33,377 nt of DNA from Candidatus Dadabacteria bacterium UBA2774 (lineage in GTDB: Bacteria; Desulfobacterota_D; UBA1144; Nemesobacterales; UBA2774): the NCBI GenBank assembly GCA_002352485.1, contig DEIM01000218.1, positions 1-33,377 on the forward strand, given 5' to 3'. This document shows positions 1 to 7,301 of the stretch, one piece after another. Within the stretch, counting starts at the first letter, position 1. Each line of letters begins with the position of its first letter. The notes below the pieces were generated by a model. That model saw only the letters and a list, made by a program, of their open reading frames with translations, had not been told where the DNA came from and did not search any database. The translations under genes were made by a program, and so were the position numbers.

Positions 1-1260
1 TCAGGCTCCATTCAACACTGGTGGGGCGGGAACCTAGAACCATTCTCTTGCTTTCCATTGAATATTCCCGGGGATAAGTTGGTATTAAGCCCACACGTAT
101 ACGGACCGGACGTTTTTGTTCAGCCGTATTTCAATGACTCAAATTTTCCGGGGAATATGCCTGCAATTTGGGATACGCATTTCGGCTATCTGGTGGATCA
201 GGGCTATACGGTCATCATCGGCGAGTTCGGCGGCAGGTACGGAAACGGCGGCGACCCGAGAGACAAAACATGGCAGGACGCCCTTATAAACTGGATGGAT
301 GGTAAGGGTATGACGAACTTCTTTTACTGGTCGTGGAACCCAAATAGCGGGGACACGGGAGGGATACTGCAGGACGACTGGCAGAGTGTTTGGGACGATA
401 AAGTGGCGCTGCTGAGTCAGCTGATGGACAGCGACGTGCCTCCTCCCACACCTACACCGCCTCCTCCTACTGCGGTGTGCTCGGACGGTATCGACAATGA
501 CGGCGACGGTCTAACCGATTATCCGGACGACCCGGGATGCAGCTCCGCAACCGACAATAACGAATTTAACGCGCCTCCTGGCGGAGGGGATGTCACCGCC
601 TCTGTCTCCATCAACGACGACTGGGGATCGGGTTACTGCGCTCAGGTGGTGGTTACAAATAATGGCACCAGCACAGAGGACTGGGTGGTTGCCTTTACTA
701 TTGAGGGAACCGTTAAAGATATGTGGAATGCTGAGTATTCACAGTCAGGTGATGAAGTTATGGCAGAAGGCGTGTCCTGGAATAATACGGTCGCGCCCGG
801 AAATTCCGTGGATTTTGGTTTCTGCGCAGATCGAGTCGCGCCTCCAGAGCCGACACCTCAACCAACTCCTCAACCCACACCGCCCCCGCCGGTGTTCGCA
901 TGCTCTGACGGTATCGACAACGACAGCGACGGGCTTACGGACTATCCTGTAGACCCCGGGTGCAGCAGCGCAAATGATGAAGATGAGTTTAACGCGCCTC
1001 CCAGCGGAGAGGATGTTACCGCAACCGTTGTCATCAATGACGACTGGGGAGCGGGTTACTGCGCTCAGGTAACCGTTTCTAACTCGGGCTCCTCACCTGA
1101 GGACTGGTTAGTCTCATTGTCGATTGATGGGGCTGTAAGAAATATGTGGAATGCGACATATACACAGAGCGGCAGTACCGTTACAGCAGAGGGAGTGTCC
1201 TGGAACAATATTGTACAGCCCGGAGGCACAAAGAATTTTGGTTTCTGCGCAATTAGGTAG
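1..1260 (+). CDS. GH5 (subfamily 1-like) endoglucanase, 5'-truncated, with two C-terminal CBM2 domains
   Basis: The frame is open from base 1 (SGSIQHWWGGNLEP...), so the start is outside the window. Motifs WWGGNL, SPHVYGP, IGEFGG (nucleophile Glu) and FYWSWNPNSGDTGG resemble Xanthomonas EngXCA as I recall it. These are followed by Pro/Thr linkers and two CBM2 domains (DDWGxGYC...MWNA...SWNN...FGFCA). Confidence 0.93.
   Translation, partial: SGSIQHWWGGNLEPFSCFPLNIPGDKLVLSPHVYGPDVFVQPYFNDSNFPGNMPAIWDTHFGYLVDQGYTVIIGEFGGRYGNGGDPRDKTWQDALINWMDGKGMTNFFYWSWNPNSGDTGGILQDDWQSVWDDKVALLSQLMDSDVPPPTPTPPPPTAVCSDGIDNDGDGLTDYPDDPGCSSATDNNEFNAPPGGGDVTASVSINDDWGSGYCAQVVVTNNGTSTEDWVVAFTIEGTVKDMWNAEYSQSGDEVMAEGVSWNNTVAPGNSVDFGFCADRVAPPEPTPQPTPQPTPPPPVFACSDGIDNDSDGLTDYPVDPGCSSANDEDEFNAPPSGEDVTATVVINDDWGAGYCAQVTVSNSGSSPEDWLVSLSIDGAVRNMWNATYTQSGSTVTAEGVSWNNIVQPGGTKNFGFCAIR
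478..1257 (+). repeat. Intragenic tandem duplication of an Asp-rich module + CBM2 (about 478-837 and about 901-1257)
   Basis: CSDGIDNDGDGLTDYPDDPGC starts at 478 and CSDGIDNDSDGLTDYPVDPGC at 901 (offset 423 nt). Each is followed by a similar CBM2, and the DNA similarity is visible. Confidence 0.9.
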
Positions 1261-1283
1261 ATAACTTAAAATCTTAAATAACG

Positions 1284-1323
1284 GGGCCGATGGTGACTCA
1301 ATGTCACTGTCAGCCCTTTTTTT
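1284..1323 (+). terminator. Intrinsic terminator after the cellulase gene
   Basis: Stem GGGCCGATGGTGAC / GTCACTGTCAGCCC with loop TCAAT (one mismatch, two GU pairs), followed by T7. Confidence 0.8.
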
Positions 1324-1353
1324 CATTTCTCTTTATTCCGCGAATAAATATTA

Positions 1354-2925
1354 TCAATTTGTACGTGAGAATTTTCTGCGGATCATTCCAAAGAGAAAGT
1401 CTGACTCTTTTACTCTCAGCAGCTTTGCCAGTGTAAAGTAAATTGCTGCCGAAAGTACGATCGTTCCTGCCAAAACTCCTATCTTCTCCCATGCAAATCC
1501 GGATCCGCTCCAATCGGCAAGCCCTGAGAATTTCCATGCTGCAAAACCCATAATAAGTGAAATCACGATTAATTTAGCGCAAAGTATAAGTATAGATCTC
1601 ACCTTAATGTCGCCTACCCGTTTTTCTACCAGGTAAAAGAGCAGCAGGAAATTTATTATAGAAGAGACCGAGCTTGAAATTGCCAGGCCCGTATGGAGGA
1701 GCCCGAACTTAAAACCCAGGACATAACCCAGTACCGCATTTGCTATGAATGCTGTAAAGGCAATAATGACAGGTGTTTTAGTGTCCTGCATTGCGTAGAA
1801 AGCGGGCGCTGTAATCCTTATACCCCCAACAGCCCATAGCCCGATCGCATAGCCAAAGATTGCCTGAGAGGTGAATATTGTGGCAGCGTAGCTAAATTCG
1901 CCCCTCTGGTATAGGAGGTTGCAGATGGGAACCCTGAGCACGATAAGACCCACAAGCGCTGGGATCAGTATGAATAGCATGAGTCTCAAAGTGTATGAGT
2001 AGGTCTCTCTGAATTTTCCAAACTCCCCTTTTGAAACGTGTGAGGAGAGGCTCGGAAGGAGCACGGTTGCAATGGATACGGCAATTATTCCAAGCGGAAA
2101 CTCTATCAGACGTTCAGCGAAATAGAGATAGGAGATACTTCCCTGAGGCATAAAGGAGGCGTACTGTGTGTTGACTATGATATTGATCTGGTAAACAGCT
2201 ACTCCGAAGAGCTGAGGGACAATTAATAGTGCTATACGTTTGACCGCCGGGTGTTTAAAGCTCGTACTAAATCCAAACAGAAAACCACGGGTTTTTAAAA
2301 ACGGAATCTGAATCAGGAGCTGAAGAACACCGCCTAACATTACTCCAATCGCGGCGGAGTAAATGGGAACGTTCAGGCTCCGGTGTATTAAAAATATTGC
2401 GGCTATAATGCAGATATTCGAAACAGCGGGGGAAATGGCCGGTGCGAAGAAATGCCTAAGCGAGTTCAGCACGCCCATGGATAGTGCCGTAAGTGAAATG
2501 AATAGTATGTATGGGAACATGTAGCGGTTAAGAGTTACCGCCAGGTTAAATGTTTCTGTGTCAAAGCCTGCTGCGAATATTTTTATTATGTATGGAGATA
2601 GAACTACGCCTGCTATTGATATGAGTATTAGTAGACCGAGAAGTATGGTGAATACGGTGTCTGCGACCTTTTTAGCCTCTTCTTTATTCCCTTTTTCCAG
2701 GTAATCGGTGAAGACAGGAATGAAGGAGATTGTGAGCGACCCCTCGGCGAAGAGCCTCCTTAGGAGGTTGGGGATTCTAAATGCCACCCAGAATGCGTCG
2801 GTCGAGGCGGACGCGCCGAAGAAATAAGCTATGACCATATCCCGGACATACCCGGCTATCCTGCTAAGGAGGGTAAGAGAGCCGACAAGACCGGCAGAAC
2901 GGGTTAATTCTTCGTGCTGTTTCAT
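1354..2925 (-). CDS. murJ: Lipid II flippase MurJ (MviN)
   Basis: LSRIAGYVRD, AFRIPNLLRRLFAEG, ERLIEFPLG, FYAMQDTKTP motifs; 523 aa multi-pass membrane protein. Confidence 0.97.
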   Translation of the reverse strand: MKQHEELTRSAGLVGSLTLLSRIAGYVRDMVIAYFFGASASTDAFWVAFRIPNLLRRLFAEGSLTISFIPVFTDYLEKGNKEEAKKVADTVFTILLGLLILISIAGVVLSPYIIKIFAAGFDTETFNLAVTLNRYMFPYILFISLTALSMGVLNSLRHFFAPAISPAVSNICIIAAIFLIHRSLNVPIYSAAIGVMLGGVLQLLIQIPFLKTRGFLFGFSTSFKHPAVKRIALLIVPQLFGVAVYQINIIVNTQYASFMPQGSISYLYFAERLIEFPLGIIAVSIATVLLPSLSSHVSKGEFGKFRETYSYTLRLMLFILIPALVGLIVLRVPICNLLYQRGEFSYAATIFTSQAIFGYAIGLWAVGGIRITAPAFYAMQDTKTPVIIAFTAFIANAVLGYVLGFKFGLLHTGLAISSSVSSIINFLLLFYLVEKRVGDIKVRSILILCAKLIVISLIMGFAAWKFSGLADWSGSGFAWEKIGVLAGTIVLSAAIYFTLAKLLRVKESDFLFGMIRRKFSRTN

Positions 2926-2946
2926 CTGTTTTTTATATGAATACTA

Positions 2947-3168
2947 TTATTCACCACTTTGTTCAACCTCTTCGAAATCTAGCTCACTCTTTAGCTCCTG
3001 CAAAAGCGCCCTTGTCTCATCTTCTCTGTCCGGGGTTGTTATAATATTGATGATTCCGGAGCGGGGGTCGTCCGTCCTTACCCATGCAAGGTGTGAGTAA
3101 GTCCCCATAATGGATTGGAAATATACGGCTTCGCTATTATCTCTTAGTTTTATTCGAATAACCGGCAT
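2947..3168 (-). CDS. Small DUF4911-like protein
   Basis: The pattern YFQSIMGTYSHLAWVRTDDPRSGIINI...LLQEL resembles DUF4911 from memory. ATG at 3168 (alternative TTG at 3183); stop is 21 nt upstream of the murJ start. Confidence 0.65.
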   Translation of the reverse strand: MPVIRIKLRDNSEAVYFQSIMGTYSHLAWVRTDDPRSGIINIITTPDREDETRALLQELKSELDFEEVEQSGE

Positions 3169-3304
3169 AGAAACTAATCCCAAATTATATATTCTGCTCC
3201 TATATTCAAAGTACGGGAATTATATATCAATTTACTCAATATTCCGATTCTACTATATCTTAAAAACACCTGAAAATCCCGGAAAGTTTATCTATTTACA
3301 TCCT

Positions 3305-3343
3305 TTGAGTGGTATAAAATGGCATGGTATAATTTTACAGTGG
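3305..3343 (+). promoter_or_regulatory. Upstream sigma70-type promoter overlapped by MraZ-like boxes
   Basis: TTGAGT(3305-10)-N17-TATAAT(3328-33) with extended -10 TG; AGTGG/AATGG at 3308, 3318 and 3339. Confidence 0.6.
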
Positions 3344-3520
3344 AATTATGCTAAATTTAAATATCTATAGTCTTGAGGTAGTTACACTGCATAGTTGAAG
3401 TATTGGCATCTTTGCTGTTTCTAGCTCTATTTGTGTTAATACTGGTAAAATGAGTGGAAAAATAGTTTTATTTCCACCTATTGGGAATTTCTAAAAAATT
3501 GATAAATTACAAAACCTTAC

Positions 3521-3549
3521 TTGACAAACTTAATACAAAATTATATAGT
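3521..3549 (+). promoter_or_regulatory. Proximal dcw (Pmra) sigma70 promoter
   Basis: TTGACA(3521-26)-N17-TATAGT(3544-49). Confidence 0.8.
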
Positions 3550-3581
3550 GGTTCAGAGTGGTATAAAGTGGCATAAGATGG
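3547..3581 (+). promoter_or_regulatory. MraZ operator (dcw boxes)
   Basis: AGTGG at 3547, 3557 and 3567 and GATGG at 3577, an exact 10-bp period directly upstream of mraZ. This matches the GTGG/TGGG 10-bp-period MraZ sites known from E. coli, B. subtilis and Mycoplasma. Confidence 0.85.
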
Positions 3582-3588
3582 TACTATA

Positions 3589-4035
3589 ATGTTCAGAGGA
3601 CGTTACGAACACACGATGACCGATAAAGGCAGAGTTAGCATGCCCGCTAAATTCCGAGAAGTCTGTAAGGAAAAGTACGGGGATGAAACCTTTGTAATAA
3701 CGAATTTTGATAAATGCCTTGTCGCGTATCCTCTTAAGGAATGGAACGAGATCGAGCGTAAAGTGTCTGAGCTCCCTCAGTTCAAACAAGAGGTTATTTC
3801 CTTTCTCCGCTACCTTATGGGCGGGGCAGTTGATTGCCCGTTAGACGGACAGGGAAGGGTGCTCATACCGCAGCCGCTCAGGAACCACGCTCGAATAAAT
3901 AAGGATGTTGTAATGGTAGGTATGCTAACGAGGATAGAAGTATGGTCTAAAGAAGTTTGGGATGTTGAGCAGTCAGAGCGTGCTTATGAAGAATTTAAAA
4001 AGAGTAGAGAAACGCTTGCGGGACAAGGATTATAA
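3589..4035 (+). CDS. mraZ: Division/cell wall cluster transcriptional repressor MraZ
   Basis: MFRGRYEHTMTDKGRV and LDGQGRVLIP (two DxxGR motifs), RIEVW; 148 aa. Confidence 0.98.
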   Translation: MFRGRYEHTMTDKGRVSMPAKFREVCKEKYGDETFVITNFDKCLVAYPLKEWNEIERKVSELPQFKQEVISFLRYLMGGAVDCPLDGQGRVLIPQPLRNHARINKDVVMVGMLTRIEVWSKEVWDVEQSERAYEEFKKSRETLAGQGL

Positions 4036-4060
4036 AACCCGGGACAAGGATTATAAAACC
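4019..4060 (+). repeat. Perfect 21-bp tandem duplication spanning the mraZ stop codon
   Basis: CGGGACAAGGATTATAAAACC at 4019-4039 and 4040-4060. Confidence 0.95.
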
Positions 4061-4075
4061 AAGGACTCTAACAAA

Positions 4076-5035
4076 ATGGAAAGCCCTTTACTAGACATGA
4101 ATAAACCGATGCATAAATCGGTGATGACAAAAGAGGTTACGGATTATTTAGTGACCGAGAGTACGGGTATTTATGTAGACGCCACGCTCGGGCTTGGGGG
4201 TCATACGCAGGCAATACTGGAGCATACAGGGTACAAATGCAGGGTAATCGGTCTTGACGTCGATGAAGAGGCAATATCCATTTCAGCCGATCTACTTTCA
4301 AAATATAAGAGCCAGGTAGTACTAAGAAACAGCAATTTCTCTCAGATAGATAGTGTGCTGGAAGACCTGGATATAGAGCTTGTGGACGGCATTGTGGCGG
4401 ATCTTGGAATGTCTTCTCTTCAGATAGAGTCGAGCGATCGGGGATTTAGCTTCATGAGAGACGAAGTACTTGATATGAGAATGGATGCCAGGCTCCGCTT
4501 TACTGCCCACGATCTTGTGAATGAAATGAGTGTTGATGAAATATCTAAAGTCTTGAAAATGTACGGCGAGGAAAAGTGGGCGAAGAGAATTGCCAAACAT
4601 ATAGTAGAGGCAAGGAATGAGAAGCCTATCGAAACCTCGGCTGAGCTTGCAAAGCTGGTATCCGGAGCAATTCCGAAAAAGTTTCATCCCGCTAGAATTC
4701 ATCCCGCTACAAAGACATTTCAGGCTCTCAGGATTGCAGTGAATAATGAGCTGGACAATATAAAGGAATTTTTAGATAAAGCCGTCTCTTTACTGAAACC
4801 CGGAGGAAAGCTTGTTGTAATTTCTTTTCATTCACTTGAGGACAGGCTTGTGAAGAGCGCATTTCAGCGCATGTCCAACCCGTGTGTTTGTCCTCCTGCA
4901 ATGCCTCAGTGTGGCTGTGGAAAAAAGAGCGAGATAAAGATCCTCACCCGCTCTCCCCTACTTCCGGGACAGGATGAAATTCTTGATAACCCCAGGGCAA
5001 GAAGCGCGAAACTCAGAGCAGGAGAGAGGATATAA
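4076..5035 (+). CDS. rsmH: 16S rRNA m4C1402 methyltransferase RsmH (MraW)
   Basis: VDATLGLGGH, DLGMSS, LDMRMD, HPATKTFQALRIAVN, SFHSLEDR, NPRARSAKLR. Start taken as ATG 4076 behind AAGGA; a later Met is possible. Confidence 0.97.
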   Translation: MESPLLDMNKPMHKSVMTKEVTDYLVTESTGIYVDATLGLGGHTQAILEHTGYKCRVIGLDVDEEAISISADLLSKYKSQVVLRNSNFSQIDSVLEDLDIELVDGIVADLGMSSLQIESSDRGFSFMRDEVLDMRMDARLRFTAHDLVNEMSVDEISKVLKMYGEEKWAKRIAKHIVEARNEKPIETSAELAKLVSGAIPKKFHPARIHPATKTFQALRIAVNNELDNIKEFLDKAVSLLKPGGKLVVISFHSLEDRLVKSAFQRMSNPCVCPPAMPQCGCGKKSEIKILTRSPLLPGQDEILDNPRARSAKLRAGERI

Positions 5036-5037
5036 AG

Positions 5038-5379
5038 ATGGCTAAGTCAGGCACTTTAGGTGCAAGACAGAAGGTAAAAAAAACGAAAAAAGCGGTTTCA
5101 GGCGGTTTACTGCTCCTGGTTGTCCTCTTAGTCGTATTGGCGCTTGGGTATCTCCGGATTAAGGCTGAGGGTATAAGGCTCGGGTATGAAATCTCCTGGA
5201 ATAAGAAAGAGACCAAGGAGCTGCTGAAAGAAAATAAAACGCTTAGCTCCGAATTTATGAAAGCGATATCCGCCGATAGCCTTGAGGGTACGGCAATGGA
5301 GCTTGGTTTTAAGTTTCCTACACAACAAGACATTGTATACATTGAGCCAAAACACATTCTTAGTGATAAGATGGAATGA
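5038..5379 (+). CDS. ftsL: Cell division protein FtsL-like
   Basis: Lies between rsmH and ftsI; basic N-terminus, one TM segment, coiled coil, ending A-MELGF-P. Confidence 0.8.
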   Translation: MAKSGTLGARQKVKKTKKAVSGGLLLLVVLLVVLALGYLRIKAEGIRLGYEISWNKKETKELLKENKTLSSEFMKAISADSLEGTAMELGFKFPTQQDIVYIEPKHILSDKME

Positions 5380-7301
5380 AAAAGAAAAAAAGTTCCAAAA
5401 GAATATCACTTGGTAGAGACCTGAACAGGCCCAGATGGAGGGTGTGTTTCGTGGGTGTTCTCTTACTTGTGCTCTTTGCGTCAGTATCATTTAAAGCGCT
5501 TGAGCTGCAGGTGCTGGACAGAGAGCGCGCATTTAAAATAGCGAAAAAACAGCACCACGGAAGCTCGAAGCTCCTCCCCCGAAGAGGAAAGATACTCGAC
5601 CGCAACTTAAAAGAGCTCGCTGTGAATGTAGATGTTAAGTCCGTCTATGTTAACCCTAGAGACGTAAAAAACCCGGTTGATATTTCAAAAACTATATCAA
5701 AACATATTGATGTATCCCAGAAAACCGTGCTCTCAAGGGCATCGTCCAAAAGGTCATTTGTCTGGCTCAAGAGGCTTGTAGACCCTGATGTCACAGAGAC
5801 GCTCGAGGAGTTGGATCTCGAGGGTGTAGGGTTTATCGAGGAGCCAAAAAGAATTTATCCCAACGGACACCTGCTAGGACAAGTGCTCGGGTTTACAAAT
5901 ATCGACTCGAACGGAATCGAGGGGATAGAGTATCGCTTCGACGACCTTCTTATAGGTACCCCCAGAAATATTACACTCAAGAGAGATGCCTTCGGGCGTA
6001 AGATCATACAAAATCCCGATATCGTGCAGGATTTTGATGAAGAGAAAACCACAGGTCATGACATCGTGCTGACTATAGACTCACAGATTCAGCACATTGT
6101 CGAAAGGGAGCTTAAAGAGGGAATTGAAACCATGAACGCCGAGAAGGGTATGGCGATTCTTATGAACCCTGAGACCGGCGAAGTATTGGCTATGGCCTCC
6201 TACCCATTTATAGATCCCAATAGTTATGGTAAATACCCTGAGGCAAACAGGAGAAACCTGCCGATCTGGTATACATATGAGCCCGGCTCCACAATGAAAC
6301 TTTTCCTGGCAGCTTCGGCGCTTGAGGAGAATAAGGTTAACCCCGACACATTGTTTGACTGTGAGATGGGCAGAAGAAAAGTGGGATCAAAAGTCATAAA
6401 GGATGTAAAGCCTTACGGAACATTAACGTTTACTGACGTCGTTAGGGTATCGAGCAATATAGGGGCGTCTAAGATTGGAGAGCTCCTTGGGAGAGATAAA
6501 TACCACAGCTATCTAAAGAAGTTCGGTTTCGGTGATAAAACTGGAATAGACCTCCCCGGCGAGTCCGGCGGTAAAGTTCTTCCTCCTAAAAAATGGGGGA
6601 AAATAGAGCTTGCCACAATCTCATTCGGTCAGGGTATATCTGTAACTTCTCTTCAACTCGTCACTGCGCTCTCGGCGATCGCAAACGGCGGGTATTTAAT
6701 GGAGCCTTATATTATCAAAAAGATTATGGGCTCTGACGGAACTGTTATAAGAGAAAATAGGCCCGAAGTGCGCGCGCGCGTATTGTCCTACGATACTACT
6801 TATCAAATGAAACTAATAACGGAAAAAGTAGTGGAAGAGGGTACTGGTAAGAGGGCTCGGATCAGCGGGTTCTCGGTAGGCGGTAAAACGGGCACAGCGC
6901 AAATTCCCGATCCCCGCTACGGCGGATACTATAAAGACCGCTATATAGCCTCATTTATCGGGTTTGCACCTACCGACGACCCAAAGCTAACTATGGCAGT
7001 TGTTGTAGAAGCTCCCAGGAATAAGACACACGGAGGCTCTGTTGCCGCCCCTATCTTCAAAGAGATAGCAGAAAAAGTCTTGTTCCATATGGGCGTTTCC
7101 CCTAAAAACGTATACGCAGGCACAAAAATCATGCCCGATTTGAGCGGTATGAGTGTGAGAGATATTCTTAAATGGTCGGAGGCGGAAGGCGTGAAAGTAG
7201 AAGTAAAGGGGAGCGGCTATGTAACGGACCAGGACCCCTCACCAGGCGACTTTATTCAAGAGGGAATGGTTTGTTCCATTGAGCTGCAGCCGAAAATATG
7301 A
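5376..7301 (+). CDS. ftsI: Peptidoglycan D,D-transpeptidase FtsI (PBP3) with C-terminal PASTA domain
   Basis: N-terminal TM, RGKILDRN, catalytic STMK, SSN and KTG motifs; terminal MPDLSGMS...GSGYVTDQDP is PASTA-like. Confidence 0.95.
   Translation: MKKKKSSKRISLGRDLNRPRWRVCFVGVLLLVLFASVSFKALELQVLDRERAFKIAKKQHHGSSKLLPRRGKILDRNLKELAVNVDVKSVYVNPRDVKNPVDISKTISKHIDVSQKTVLSRASSKRSFVWLKRLVDPDVTETLEELDLEGVGFIEEPKRIYPNGHLLGQVLGFTNIDSNGIEGIEYRFDDLLIGTPRNITLKRDAFGRKIIQNPDIVQDFDEEKTTGHDIVLTIDSQIQHIVERELKEGIETMNAEKGMAILMNPETGEVLAMASYPFIDPNSYGKYPEANRRNLPIWYTYEPGSTMKLFLAASALEENKVNPDTLFDCEMGRRKVGSKVIKDVKPYGTLTFTDVVRVSSNIGASKIGELLGRDKYHSYLKKFGFGDKTGIDLPGESGGKVLPPKKWGKIELATISFGQGISVTSLQLVTALSAIANGGYLMEPYIIKKIMGSDGTVIRENRPEVRARVLSYDTTYQMKLITEKVVEEGTGKRARISGFSVGGKTGTAQIPDPRYGGYYKDRYIASFIGFAPTDDPKLTMAVVVEAPRNKTHGGSVAAPIFKEIAEKVLFHMGVSPKNVYAGTKIMPDLSGMSVRDILKWSEAEGVKVEVKGSGYVTDQDPSPGDFIQEGMVCSIELQPKI

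Noticed and set aside
3110-3370. 86-aa plus-strand ORF, and tiny ORFs at 3348-3398 and 3450-3494
   Set aside because: AT-rich promoter DNA with no SD and no recognisable protein features.
3547-4060. Short repeats as a CRISPR remnant
   Set aside because: There is no repeat-spacer structure and no cas genes; the repeats are explained by MraZ boxes and a simple tandem duplication.
3962-4075. N-terminal extension of the rsmH ORF in the supplied track
   Set aside because: It overlaps mraZ and consists of the 21-bp repeat read in another frame; RsmH similarity starts after Met 4076.
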